DNA from: an uncultured Rhodospirillaceae bacterium
GTDB lineage: Bacteria > Pseudomonadota > Alphaproteobacteria > UBA2966
Reading direction: 5' to 3'
Assembly: GCA_964528595.1 (NCBI GenBank)
Contig: CAZGTM010000008.1
Coordinates: 1,133 to 65,132 of the forward strand
Length of the DNA stretch: 64,000 nt
Part shown: positions 20,289-29,796 of the stretch, one piece after another
Layout of the letters: each line of letters opens with the position of its first letter
Numbering within the stretch: the first letter of the stretch is position 1
The notes under the pieces: generated by a model
Database searches by the model: none
Seen by the model: only the letters and a program-made list of their open reading frames with translations
Told to the model about the DNA's origin: nothing
Made by a program: the position numbers and the translations under genes

Positions 20289-21260
20289 CTATTCGGCGGC
20301 TATATCGTCCGTGACCAGACCGCAGCTTTCAAGGGCTATTTTTGTCCGGACCTTTTCGTCCTCCGTCAAATCGAGCATCGGCCGGCGCACCGGACCTCCG
20401 GCCTGGCCCAGCAATTCCTGCCAGTATTTCTGGTGCGCCTGCGGTTTGCCGCCGGGGCGGGTGCCTTTCAGGGCCTGGCGAACGGGTTCCAGGCTGTCGC
20501 GCACCGTCCGGGCTTCCTCGACGCGGCCGGCGAACGCGAGCTCGGTGTATTCATGCATGCGCCGGTCGGCCTTGGTCTGGATCAGATAAGGGGGGGAGGA
20601 GCAGAGGTAGAGCTGCCAGCCCAGTTCCACGATGTTGTCGAACCATTCATCCTCGGAGGCCGAACTCACCAGTATTTTGTCGCCGGCCAGGCGCGTGAGC
20701 TCGGCGTACATGTCGCGCGGCACGCTGTACTTGATGGCGACGATGTTGTCGAGATCGGCAATGCGGTTGCACAGTTCGGGGCTCATCAGATAACCGCTGT
20801 CGGGATGGCTCCACATGGCGATGCCGAGGCCGGTGCGCTCTGAGATGTAGCGGTAATATTCGTACAAGAGATCATCCCGATCCGCTACGAAATGGAGGAC
20901 GGGCGCATGGACGACGATGTAATCGGCGCCGACGTCCTCGGCATGCCGGGTCAGCTCGAGGACGGTATCCAGGTTCTGGTCTGACACCGACATGATGGTG
21001 TTGCCGGCATCACCGGTGGCCTCGACGGCAAGCTCGAACGTGCGCTTGCGTTCCTCAACGGACATCGAGAAAAATTCGCCCTGCTTGCCGGCGATGAACA
21101 GGCCCTCGATGCCGAGGTCCTCGATCCAGTGGCGGATGTTGGCGCGAAAACCGTCCTCGTCGATGGAAAGATCCGGTTTGAACGGGGTCAGCGCCGCCGC
21201 CCAGATGCCCTTCATGTTCTGCCGCGCATAAGCCTTGGCGTCCTGCTTGTCGTACTTCAT
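20289..21260 (-). CDS. Dihydrodipicolinate synthase/N-acetylneuraminate lyase family (class I aldolase, DapA-like)
   Basis: About 323 aa, TIM-barrel DHDPS-family signature. Start at the internal Met 21260 (MKYDKQD) preceded by GGAGGAG. It overlaps the stop of the upstream Mo-hydroxylase gene by 4 nt. Confidence 0.75.
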   Translation of the reverse strand: MKYDKQDAKAYARQNMKGIWAAALTPFKPDLSIDEDGFRANIRHWIEDLGIEGLFIAGKQGEFFSMSVEERKRTFELAVEATGDAGNTIMSVSDQNLDTVLELTRHAEDVGADYIVVHAPVLHFVADRDDLLYEYYRYISERTGLGIAMWSHPDSGYLMSPELCNRIADLDNIVAIKYSVPRDMYAELTRLAGDKILVSSASEDEWFDNIVELGWQLYLCSSPPYLIQTKADRRMHEYTELAFAGRVEEARTVRDSLEPVRQALKGTRPGGKPQAHQKYWQELLGQAGGPVRRPMLDLTEDEKVRTKIALESCGLVTDDIAAE

Positions 21261-23398
21261 CGATTTTTCTCCTCCGCGGCACGCATGGCGCGCCACACCC
21301 GTTCACTGGTGAGCGGCATGGCCAAATTTTCGACCCCCAGCGGGCTGAGGGCGTCCAGCACCGCGTTCAAGATCGCCGGCGGGGCGCCGATGGTTCCCGC
21401 CTCGCCGACGCCTTTGGCTCCCAGCAGATTAAAGGGCGACGGCGTTTCAAGCGAGCGCAGGCCGATTTCCGGCATATCATCGGCTCTCGGCAGGGCATAG
21501 TCCATCAGCGATCCCGTCAACAGCTGGCCGTCCTCATCGTATACGATACGCTCCATCATCGCCTCGCCCAGGCCCTGGGCGATGCCGCCCATCACCTGAC
21601 CCTCCAGCAACAGGGGATTGACGATGGTTCCGGCGTCATCGACACAGAATAGTCGCTCTACCGAGACGGTGCCGGTCTCCCGATCGACCGAAGCCGTCGC
21701 GACGTAGCAGCCGTTGCCCCAAGCCTCGCCCTCGTTGTGGTAGACCGCCTCCGCTTCCACCGCTTCACCGGGGCTGGCGCGTTGCGACAATTCCAAGGCC
21801 TCCCGGGCGGCCTGCAGCAGGGCGCTGCCGCCGATGGCCGTCGACCGGCTGGCCAGCGCCCCGATCCCGGCCGGCGAGGTTGCGCTATCGCCGAACAAGA
21901 CAGTGATTCGACCGGGATCGATCTCGAAAACGTCGGCGACGATCTGGGCGTAGGCGGTTTGCCGCGCCTGCCCCTGGGAACTTGATCCGGAGGCGGCGGT
22001 GATGGCGCCATCCGCCTCGACCCGCACCCGGGCGCTCTCCCAGCCTTGACCGCTGGGTTCGACATACGCCGAGATGCCGATACCGAACAGCTCTCCGGCA
22101 TCGCGCCGCCGCCGGCGTGACGCCTTCAGTTCGGTATACCCGCTTAATTCAGCCGCCGCTTCCAGGGTGGCCTCCAAATCGCCGGAATCGAGAACGCTGC
22201 CCGTCGTGTGGCGGTGGGGGAACCGGTCCTTGCCGACGACGTTCCGCCGGCGGATTTCCAGGGGGTCGAGGTCCAGCTTCCGGGCGGCGGCATCGACCAG
22301 CCGTTCCATCAGCAAAGCGGCTTCCGGCCGACCAGCGCCGCGATAGATGCCCACCGGCGCGGTATGGGAGCCATGGGCGGCGACATCGATGTCGACGGCG
22401 GCAATATCGTAGGGGCCCGGCAGTATACGCCCCGCGTTCCAGACCGGAACGGCGGCGCTGAAGGGCAGCCAATTGCCCAATGGACACCGGATTTGGGCCC
22501 GCACGGCCAGAAAACCACCCTCCTGTGAAAGTGCCAGTTCGCCCTGGGATTTCGCGCCCCGTCCGTGGCTGGCGCTCAACAGGTCCTCGGCGCGGCTGGC
22601 CACCCATTTGACACAGCACTTGAGTTTGCGGGCGGCGAAGGCGGTCAGAACTTCCTCGGGGTAAACGGACGCCTTCATGCCGAAAGCGCCGCCGACATCC
22701 GGCGCGACCACGCGGATTTGTTCTTCATCGAGGCCGATAATTTCGGCGATATTCCGGCGGGCGCGGTGCGGCGCCTGGCTGGTCGTCCACAGGGTGAGGG
22801 TGTCCCGGTCCTCGCGCCATTCGGCAACCATGCAGCGCGGCTCCATGGGGGAGGGAGCAAGGCGAGGGTGTTCGACCTCGACCTGCACCGTGGAAAACGC
22901 CGCCTCGAAGGCCGCGTCGCAATCGTTCGAGCGCCAATTTTTGGCAATCAAAGCTGTTTCGACGCCATCGCTTTCAAGTTCTTCCAGATCGGCGAAGATC
23001 AGTTCAGCCGCATCGGTTGCCGCCGCCTGGGTGTCCGCGATGACGGCGGCGATGGGTTGGCCGATCGCGGTAACCCTGTTATGCGCCAGAATTGAGGTCG
23101 GCGGAATGCGCATATCCTCGATGAGGGGGTTTACGGGAAGCGAGCCCAGACCGGCGACATCGGCACCACTGATGACGGCCACGACGCCCGGGAAATTGCG
23201 GGCGTCGTCGAGGTCGAGCGAATTGATTTCGGCATGCGCCAGGGGACTGCGGAGAAAGGCGAGGTAGAGGCATCCCGGCGGCGTGACGTCGCCGACGAAC
23301 CGACCGCGCCCCGTCAACAACCGGTCGTCTTCCCTTCGTTTGACGGGCCGCCCGACCCAGTTACCGGGTTGTTCCGAATTATCGGCCAATGCAGTCAA
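21257..23398 (-). CDS. Xanthine dehydrogenase/aldehyde oxidase family molybdopterin-binding large subunit (CoxL-like)
   Basis: 713 aa. The N-terminal GRPVKRREDDRLLTGRGRFVGD motif and Ald_Xan_dh_C-type domains. No 2Fe-2S or FAD small-subunit genes are adjacent. Confidence 0.85.
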   Translation of the reverse strand: MTALADNSEQPGNWVGRPVKRREDDRLLTGRGRFVGDVTPPGCLYLAFLRSPLAHAEINSLDLDDARNFPGVVAVISGADVAGLGSLPVNPLIEDMRIPPTSILAHNRVTAIGQPIAAVIADTQAAATDAAELIFADLEELESDGVETALIAKNWRSNDCDAAFEAAFSTVQVEVEHPRLAPSPMEPRCMVAEWREDRDTLTLWTTSQAPHRARRNIAEIIGLDEEQIRVVAPDVGGAFGMKASVYPEEVLTAFAARKLKCCVKWVASRAEDLLSASHGRGAKSQGELALSQEGGFLAVRAQIRCPLGNWLPFSAAVPVWNAGRILPGPYDIAAVDIDVAAHGSHTAPVGIYRGAGRPEAALLMERLVDAAARKLDLDPLEIRRRNVVGKDRFPHRHTTGSVLDSGDLEATLEAAAELSGYTELKASRRRRRDAGELFGIGISAYVEPSGQGWESARVRVEADGAITAASGSSSQGQARQTAYAQIVADVFEIDPGRITVLFGDSATSPAGIGALASRSTAIGGSALLQAAREALELSQRASPGEAVEAEAVYHNEGEAWGNGCYVATASVDRETGTVSVERLFCVDDAGTIVNPLLLEGQVMGGIAQGLGEAMMERIVYDEDGQLLTGSLMDYALPRADDMPEIGLRSLETPSPFNLLGAKGVGEAGTIGAPPAILNAVLDALSPLGVENLAMPLTSERVWRAMRAAEEKNR

Positions 23399-23436
23399 TT
23401 CCGTTACCGCCCAAAGATTGCGACCGACACCTTGCG

Positions 23437-24240
23437 TTATTGGTGATCGAGCCTCAAGCCCTTGATCTGAAGTTCCCCGGCGTTGCAGGGGGGCCGGTCC
23501 GGCTTGGCAGCGGCCCGGATCAGTTTCGGCGGCGGTGGAACTCCGGATATTTCGAGAATCAGTTTCCGTCGGATGGCGCGGGCAAAATCCTTGAAGCCAT
23601 CGGCCACGATAACGAAGGCGCCGGGGCCGCCGATAACGCAGTCCTCGAAATAAGCGTCCAGATTGAGTAATTGCGACAGGCGGTAGGGGCCGGGGCGCTG
23701 GTTGATGATGGGCAGACCGTTGATGGTGATGCCGGCGGACACGGCCCGGTCGCGGGCCGGCGCCACGACGTCTCCCTTGTTGTTCGGCCCGTCGCCGGAG
23801 ATGTCGATGATGCGACGGCGGGAGTCGAAGCCGTTGCCGTCAAAGCTCGGCGCCAGGGTATCGAGCAAGGCGCTGATCGACGTCCAGAATTCAGTTCGAA
23901 TTTGGGGTCGGCCGACGGCTTCGGCGAATCGGGCGGCACTTTTGGCATCCGAGAGTTCGGTCCAATTCACCAGAACCCGCTGGACGCCCGGCCCGGCCCA
24001 TTCGACGTAAGCCACGGCGATGCGCCCGAAGCGGCCGCTTCGAATGGCCGCGATGACGTCCCGGTGCCTGAGGGCATTGACGAAGCCCTGCCGTTGCAGT
24101 CTTGCTTCCTTGCGATCCATGCTGCCGGAAATATCCGCCGCCAGGATCAGCTCCAGATCAACCTGACGCGCCACGGCTGTCTGTCCGTCGGCAACCGTCC
24201 AGATCAAGGCAACGGCGGCAAGTAGAAATCGACCTTGCAT
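23437..24240 (-). CDS. Secreted von Willebrand factor A domain protein (DUF1194-like)
   Basis: Signal peptide MQGRFLLAAVALIWTVADGQTAVA and a MIDAS motif DISGSM. Start at the internal Met 24240. Confidence 0.65.
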   Translation of the reverse strand: MQGRFLLAAVALIWTVADGQTAVARQVDLELILAADISGSMDRKEARLQRQGFVNALRHRDVIAAIRSGRFGRIAVAYVEWAGPGVQRVLVNWTELSDAKSAARFAEAVGRPQIRTEFWTSISALLDTLAPSFDGNGFDSRRRIIDISGDGPNNKGDVVAPARDRAVSAGITINGLPIINQRPGPYRLSQLLNLDAYFEDCVIGGPGAFVIVADGFKDFARAIRRKLILEISGVPPPPKLIRAAAKPDRPPCNAGELQIKGLRLDHQ

Positions 24241-24277
24241 CAAGCACCTGTCCGCAATCCGGCGCCGCCGGCCGGGG

Positions 24278-25336
24278 CTATTTCTTCTTGAGGCCCTTTC
24301 GCACATCGTAATCGTTGCCCGGCGCCCAATCCTTCACCAGATGGGTGAACGCCTTGTCGTTTTCCGGCAGGACGATGCGCAGCGTCATATGCTGGTCGCC
24401 CCGCACACCCGTCTTGCGTTCGGCGACCCCCTTGCCCCGCAGGCGCAAGCGCGTGTTGGTGTTCGAGCCTTTCGGTACCGTGAGGCTGACCGGCCCGTCG
24501 ATGGTGGGAACCTCAATATGGGCGCCTAAAACGGCCTCCTGGATGGTGACCGGTAGTTCGACGTGGATGTCCTGACCGACCTGAACGAATACAGGGTGCG
24601 GGAGAATGTTGATTTCCACCAAGGCGTCGCCGGCGGGTTTGGCCCCGAGACCCGTCTTGGCCGCTTCGCCCATGCCCTTGAGGCGGATGATCTGACCTTC
24701 CTCCACGCCGGCGGGAACGGCGACGTAGACATCCTTGCCGTTCTTCAGCGTCAGCCGCTTCTTGCCGCCCTTGATGGCGTCCAACAGGCCGATTTCCAAC
24801 TGGTAGCGGTGGTCGCCTGCCTTGCCCTTCGGCTGGTCTTCCCGGCTTTCCTTTTTGCCGCGGAAAAACGGCTGAAAGATATCGCTGGCGGAAAATCCGC
24901 CGAAGCCGAAATTTTCGAATGCGGCCGCTTCGACCTTGGTTTGCTCGGACGCCGTTGCCGTCGCCTGCGGCGCCTCCGCACTGGCGGCGTTCGCCGCAGA
25001 AGCGGTCGCCGAGGCCTTTTCCGATTGTCCGCGGTTGCCGGTCGATTTGCGTTGAGCGCTGCGGGGTTTGGCCCTGGAGCGTTTTGCGCCCGATTGGCGG
25101 AAATTGGTCTGGTGTTTACCCGATGCGTCGATTTCGCCCCGGTCGAAACGGCTGCGCTGGCGGGCGTCGCCCAACAGGTGGTAGGCCGCGGCGACTTCCT
25201 TGAAGCGTTCGGCGGCCAGCACGTCGCCTTGTTGGCGGTCCGGGTGCCATTGCTTGGCCAGCCGCCTGTAGCTTTGTTTGACCTCGGCCTGGCTCGCGCC
25301 GCGCGAAACGCCGAGGACTTCATAGGGATCTAGCAT
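24278..25336 (-). CDS. J-domain protein with DnaJ C-terminal substrate-binding domains (CbpA/DjlA-like co-chaperone)
   Basis: N-terminal J domain with HPD (YRRLAKQWHPDRQ). A Gly/Ala/Ser-rich linker. A C-terminal DnaJ_C region (GEAAKTGLGAKPAGDALVEINILPHPVF). Confidence 0.8.
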   Translation of the reverse strand: MLDPYEVLGVSRGASQAEVKQSYRRLAKQWHPDRQQGDVLAAERFKEVAAAYHLLGDARQRSRFDRGEIDASGKHQTNFRQSGAKRSRAKPRSAQRKSTGNRGQSEKASATASAANAASAEAPQATATASEQTKVEAAAFENFGFGGFSASDIFQPFFRGKKESREDQPKGKAGDHRYQLEIGLLDAIKGGKKRLTLKNGKDVYVAVPAGVEEGQIIRLKGMGEAAKTGLGAKPAGDALVEINILPHPVFVQVGQDIHVELPVTIQEAVLGAHIEVPTIDGPVSLTVPKGSNTNTRLRLRGKGVAERKTGVRGDQHMTLRIVLPENDKAFTHLVKDWAPGNDYDVRKGLKKK

Positions 25337-25510
25337 GGCGCGCCCACTTACCCCCTTGGTTTTGAGTTCAGGCGGGATGATGCGTGAGACGGTTCTGGTC
25401 GTATGTTAAGGCGGCATTTTACCGCTGCGAAGGTCATTTTCGCGTGTTGAATCATACCAAATTATTAACGCCTGTGGATTTGCCGGCGGCGGCGGCCCGA
25501 GACCCGGAAT

Positions 25511-28429
25511 TCAGGGCATTTTCTTGTTCTTTTCCCAGGATTCTGTAAGCCGTTGGGCGCCCACCAGTTCGTGGGGCAGCATTTCGGCGCGCAGTTCGCC
25601 AAGGAAGCGCTTGGCGGTCTGGTGTCCGTTGTCGGCCGCCAGCGACCACCAGAGATAGGCGCGGGCCAGATCCTCGTCCACGCCGGCGCCGTCGCGATAA
25701 AGCCCGCCGACATAGAACTGGGCGTCCGGATCGCCCTTTTCCGCCGCCGGTAGCCAAAGGTCCAGGGTGGCCTCGTAGTTGCGCGCGCGGTAAGCCAGCA
25801 GTCCGGCATCCAGAATTCCGGAGGGCGGCGGGGCGGAATTCGGTGACGTCGATACCGCAATGGTTTCCGGCGCCAGGGCGGCGGTACGCACGGATTTCCC
25901 ACCCGTTTCCAGTTCGTTGAAGCCACTGCCCGAACCCTCGGCGGCTTCCTTTATCTCTGCCGCCCGGGCCTCGGCCACGATGACCGGCGAGGGCGGTTTG
26001 GGCAGTGCGGGGGGCGTGGGTTTGGCGGCTTCAACCTTGGGCGCGTCCTGCTGTTCGGTTTCGTCGGTTGTGACCGAAGCGGGCGGCGGCGGCGCGGCGG
26101 CCGGTTTTTCCGCTGGCACCGACTTGTTCGCTTCGTCTATTAGGACCTGGGACGGCGGAACCGGTTCGGCGGGCAACGCGGCAGCCGTTTGCGTGCGGGC
26201 CTCCTCGACGAGGACCGGTGAGGGCGGTACGGCTTGGGGGGCGGCGGCCTTCAATCTTTCGGCTATTTCGGCCTTGCGCTTCTCTTCTTCGGCCTTCAAT
26301 TCCGCGGCGGCATCGGCCGCCGCCTGCCGTTTTGCCTCATCGGCTTCGCGCTTCTCCGCCTCGGCCCGCAATCTGGCGGCAACCTCGGCCTCGGCCTTCC
26401 GTTTCGCTTCTTCGGCTTTGCGCTGAACCTCGGCTTCCGCTTCCGCCTTGATACGGGCTTCTTCCGCCCTGCGTTTCCGCACCTCTTCTTCTTCGGCTTT
26501 GCGTTTGGCATCGGCGGCAAGTTGCTTTGCCGCTTCGGCCTTGCGCTTGGCTTCGGCTTCCGCCTCGGCTTCCGCCTTGAGGCGGGCGTAAAGTTCTTCG
26601 GCCCGGCGTTTTTCCTCAGCCAGGCGTTTTTCTTCTTCCTCCCGGCGTTTACGCTCGGCTTCCGCAACCGCCCGCGCTTTAGCCTCTTCCGCTGCCTTGC
26701 GTTTCTCCTCCGCCAGGCGCCGTGCGTCAGCTTCCCGCTTGGCCGCATCCGCCTTGGCTTTTTCCAGCGCTGCTACTTTCCGCCTGGCTTCGGCTTCCGC
26801 GGCAATTTTTTCGGCCGTGCGCGCCGCTTCCTCCGCCCGGACGCGCTCCTCCTCCTCGGCCTTCTTTTCGGCGGCAATGCGCGCCTTGGCTTTGAGGATT
26901 TGCAACTCGGCTTCCTTGCGCCGCTCCTCGGCTTCCTTACGCGCCGTTTCCGCCGCCTCTTCGATCAGGATGGGCGAGGGCACGGCTTGGCGTTTGGCGA
27001 TGGCGGCGGCGAGCTCCTGCTCGGCCTTGCGTGCCTCCGTTTCGGCTGATTTGGCGGCATTACGGACTTTTTCCGCTTCCGCGACGGCGATCTTGGCAAT
27101 CCGTTCCTGCTCGGCCAACAGGACTTCCGCCGCCTTGCGGCGTTCCTCCGCCTTGGCCACGGTCGCTTCGAGGTCCTTGCGTTTGCGTTCGGCCTCGGCA
27201 ATCGCGGCCTCGGCGGCACTGCGCCGGTTTTCGGCATCGATCCGGCGCTGTTCCGCTTCCTCGGCGGCCGTTTCGGCGGCAGTGCGCGCGACCTGGGCCC
27301 GAACCGCTTCCGTCGCCTTGCGTTCGGCTTCCTCCTGGGCAGCCAGGGCGGCGGCCTTTTCCTCTTCCAGTTTTGCCGCCGTCACTTCCGCCGCACGGCG
27401 GGCCGCCGCCGCCGCGGCTTCGGCGGCATTGCGGGCGGCCTGGGCGCGGGCGATATCGGCGGCTTTGCGGTCTTTCTCGGCTTTCGCGGCATCCTCGGCC
27501 GCCTTCAATTCCATGGCCCGGCGTTCAGCCTGGGTGACCTCGCTGGACTGCTGGGCGGCCGCCGCAACGCGGGTGGCTTCGTCCCTGGCGGCTTCCGCCT
27601 TGACGGCCTCGGCGCGCGCCGCCTCCGCCTTGGCGGCTTCTTCCTGCAACTTTTCTTCGGCCAGCCGTTTGGTGTCTTCTGCCAGTCGCTTGGCTTCCTC
27701 CGCCAGGCGTTTGGCTTCGGCTTTGCGGCGGATTTCAGCGGCGCGGCGTTCCGCTTCAGCCTGTTTGCGGGCGGTTTCCGCCTTGCGCGCCGCCTCGGCT
27801 GCCTCCGCCGCCTGCTTTTTCGCTTCGGCTGCGGCTTCGGTGGCGCGTTTTTCGGCTTCGCCGGAATCAGGCGGGGTATCGGTGGGTGCCGGTGTCACGC
27901 CCTTAGAGATCAGTAGGGCCAGCTTTTCCATTGCCTTGCGATTTCCCAGACGCGAGGCCTGGTAGTACCAACTCAGGGCGGTGACATCGCTTTTTTCGAC
28001 GCCGACGCCGTTTTCAAACATCAGGCCGAGGTTGTATTGCGCAATATGGTGGTTCTGTTTCGCCGCCCGCGTGAACCACTTGGCCGCTTCCTTGGGATCC
28101 TTGGAGGTGCCCTGGCCACGCAGATACATATTCCCGAGATTGGCCTGGGCCCGGGCAAAGCCTTGCTCGGCGGCTTTACGGTACCAGATCAGGGACTGCT
28201 TGAAATCCTTGGGTACGCCTTGGCCGACCCGGTAGAGGTGGCCGATGTTTCGTTGTGATGCCGGGTCGCCCTTTTCCGCCAGCGGCAGCCATTCCTTATA
28301 GGCCTTGGCGTAGTCGCCGATTTCATAGGCGGCGAGGCCGGCGGCAAAATCGGCGCGCGCCGGAGCTGCGGCGGCAAACGACAGCACCGCCGTAACAAGA
28401 AGGGCGTAAAGAAATCGTACTGAAGTCAC
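25511..28429 (-). CDS. Secreted Sel1-repeat protein with a long E/A/K/R-rich coiled-coil core and a Pro-rich segment
   Basis: 972 aa. A signal peptide, then N-terminal Sel1 repeats (GDPASQRNIGHLYRVGQGVPKDFKQSLIWYRKAAEQG...). About 570 aa of AEAKRLAEEAKRLAEDTKRLAEE-type low complexity, then a PPSPV Pro-rich stretch. C-terminal Sel1 repeats (GDPDAQFYVGGLYRDGAGVDEDLARAYLWW). Confidence 0.8.
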   Translation of the reverse strand: MTSVRFLYALLVTAVLSFAAAAPARADFAAGLAAYEIGDYAKAYKEWLPLAEKGDPASQRNIGHLYRVGQGVPKDFKQSLIWYRKAAEQGFARAQANLGNMYLRGQGTSKDPKEAAKWFTRAAKQNHHIAQYNLGLMFENGVGVEKSDVTALSWYYQASRLGNRKAMEKLALLISKGVTPAPTDTPPDSGEAEKRATEAAAEAKKQAAEAAEAARKAETARKQAEAERRAAEIRRKAEAKRLAEEAKRLAEDTKRLAEEKLQEEAAKAEAARAEAVKAEAARDEATRVAAAAQQSSEVTQAERRAMELKAAEDAAKAEKDRKAADIARAQAARNAAEAAAAAARRAAEVTAAKLEEEKAAALAAQEEAERKATEAVRAQVARTAAETAAEEAEQRRIDAENRRSAAEAAIAEAERKRKDLEATVAKAEERRKAAEVLLAEQERIAKIAVAEAEKVRNAAKSAETEARKAEQELAAAIAKRQAVPSPILIEEAAETARKEAEERRKEAELQILKAKARIAAEKKAEEEERVRAEEAARTAEKIAAEAEARRKVAALEKAKADAAKREADARRLAEEKRKAAEEAKARAVAEAERKRREEEEKRLAEEKRRAEELYARLKAEAEAEAEAKRKAEAAKQLAADAKRKAEEEEVRKRRAEEARIKAEAEAEVQRKAEEAKRKAEAEVAARLRAEAEKREADEAKRQAAADAAAELKAEEEKRKAEIAERLKAAAPQAVPPSPVLVEEARTQTAAALPAEPVPPSQVLIDEANKSVPAEKPAAAPPPPASVTTDETEQQDAPKVEAAKPTPPALPKPPSPVIVAEARAAEIKEAAEGSGSGFNELETGGKSVRTAALAPETIAVSTSPNSAPPPSGILDAGLLAYRARNYEATLDLWLPAAEKGDPDAQFYVGGLYRDGAGVDEDLARAYLWWSLAADNGHQTAKRFLGELRAEMLPHELVGAQRLTESWEKNKKMP
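26150..27860 (-). repeat. Low-complexity coding repeat (GC-rich GCn/GAn codon reiteration encoding E/A/K/R)
   Basis: Reiterated gcggc/ttcgg/cttgg units. They generate many overlapping spurious ORFs on both strands in the ORF track. Confidence 0.7.
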
Positions 28430-28464
28430 TGTCTCTCGATGTATTCAGTTTAAACCGGATAGCA

Positions 28465-28935
28465 TCAGTTCTGAATCTTCCAGGTGCCGTCAGGTTGGCG
28501 GCAGGCCGTACCGTAGGCTTCCTCGGTTCGGCCGCCGACGGTGATGGTCTGCTGGAACTCCCGGCAGTACGTACCTTGCGCGGTTTGGTAGGTTCGCTGC
28601 GGCGTTACCGTACCGCTGTTGCCCGAATCCGGGTTTTTCCAAGTGTTCGAGGTGCCGGAAGGTTTGGTTTCCAAAGTCGCCTGCTGAGTGCGATTCAAAT
28701 ACATCATGTCGGCACGGTCGAGGGTCTTGCCGACGCTGGAGCCGGCCAGCGAACCAAGCAGCGCGCCCATGGCGATACCGACGTCCCGGCCCTTGCCTTT
28801 GCCCAATTGAGCGCCCGCGACGGCGCCGACGGCAGCACCTACGACGGTGCCGATTTTTTCCTTTTCACCCGCACCCTCGCACGCAGCAAGAGACAGAACG
28901 ATGATGCCGATGGCGGCGAATCTGACGTATTTCAT
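28465..28935 (-). CDS. Outer-membrane lipoprotein, glycine-zipper (17-kDa surface antigen / SlyB-like) family
   Basis: Lipobox LSLAAC, a Gly-zipper (GAAVGAVAGAQLGKG...GIAMGALLGSLAGSSVG) and a C-terminal Cys pair. Confidence 0.75.
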   Translation of the reverse strand: MKYVRFAAIGIIVLSLAACEGAGEKEKIGTVVGAAVGAVAGAQLGKGKGRDVGIAMGALLGSLAGSSVGKTLDRADMMYLNRTQQATLETKPSGTSNTWKNPDSGNSGTVTPQRTYQTAQGTYCREFQQTITVGGRTEEAYGTACRQPDGTWKIQN

Positions 28936-29149
28936 ACCTGACTATGCCCCCTAAAGCATTGAGATCATTAATATTTCTATACCTTTGGCGGTCCAACCCC
29001 TCGAGCCGCCGATCCGCCGTCGGAGTATAACAGCAAGCGGCGGCGCAAGGAGAGAGATTTTGCTACCATGACGACCCCGAAAATTGGCCTGTAAGGTCGA
29101 CATTCCTTGAGCGGCACTCTAAAAATGGCCCGCCAGCCGCGTAAGTGCG

Positions 29150-29794
29150 GTGGCTTCCAGAGGACCTTATGAACGGATTAGAGCAGAAATATGGCGGGCG
29201 GCGGTGAGTGACCTAGAAGATCCGTTTGAGCGGTTTGCCGGCTGGCTTGAAGAAGCGGCCGAGACCGAACCCAATGACCCGACCGCCATGGCGCTGGCGA
29301 CCGTCAATGCCGACGGCGCACCTTCCGTGCGCATGATCCTGCTTAAAGGTTCCGACGAACGCGGCTTTGTCTTCTATACAAATTTGGAGAGCCGTAAAGG
29401 GGACGACCTTGCCGCCAATCCTCGGGCCGCCTTGTGCTTCCATTGGAAGAGCCTGCGCCGGCAGGTCCGTATCGAGGGCGTGGTGGAAGCCGTTTCCGAC
29501 GAGGAGGCGGACGCCTACTTTGCCAGCCGTCCCCGCGACAGCCGCATCGGGGCCTGGGCGTCCGACCAATCCCGGCCCATGGCGGGACGTTTCGACCTCG
29601 AGAAAGCCGTCGCCAAGTACGCCGCCAAGTACGCCATCGGTGATATTCCCCGCCCGCCGCATTGGTCCGGCTACCGCATCGTGCCGGCACGCATTGAGTT
29701 CTGGCGCGACCGCCCGTTCCGGCTGCATGAGCGACTGGTCTTTAGCCGAGAGCCCGGCGCGGATACCTGGCGCACCGAAATTTTGTTTCCCTGA
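29150..29794 (+). CDS. pdxH: Pyridoxamine 5'-phosphate oxidase
   Basis: [24 protein letters not shown], the RIEG motif, and a C-terminal [31 protein letters not shown] start. Confidence 0.88.
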   Translation: MASRGPYERIRAEIWRAAVSDLEDPFERFAGWLEEAAETEPNDPTAMALATVNADGAPSVRMILLKGSDERGFVFYTNLESRKGDDLAANPRAALCFHWKSLRRQVRIEGVVEAVSDEEADAYFASRPRDSRIGAWASDQSRPMAGRFDLEKAVAKYAAKYAIGDIPRPPHWSGYRIVPARIEFWRDRPFRLHERLVFSREPGADTWRTEILFP

Positions 29795-29796
29795 GG

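Noticed and set aside
25860-27965. Numerous long ORFs on both strands inside the Sel1 protein gene (e.g. 26234..27049 +, 26697..27965 +, 26296..26748 -, 27031..27537 +)
   Set aside because: They arise from the GC-rich reiterated E/A/K/R-coding repeat. They translate to low-complexity Ala/Ser/Arg/Pro strings with no domain features. The 972-aa minus-strand frame, with a signal peptide and flanking Sel1 repeats, is the coherent gene.
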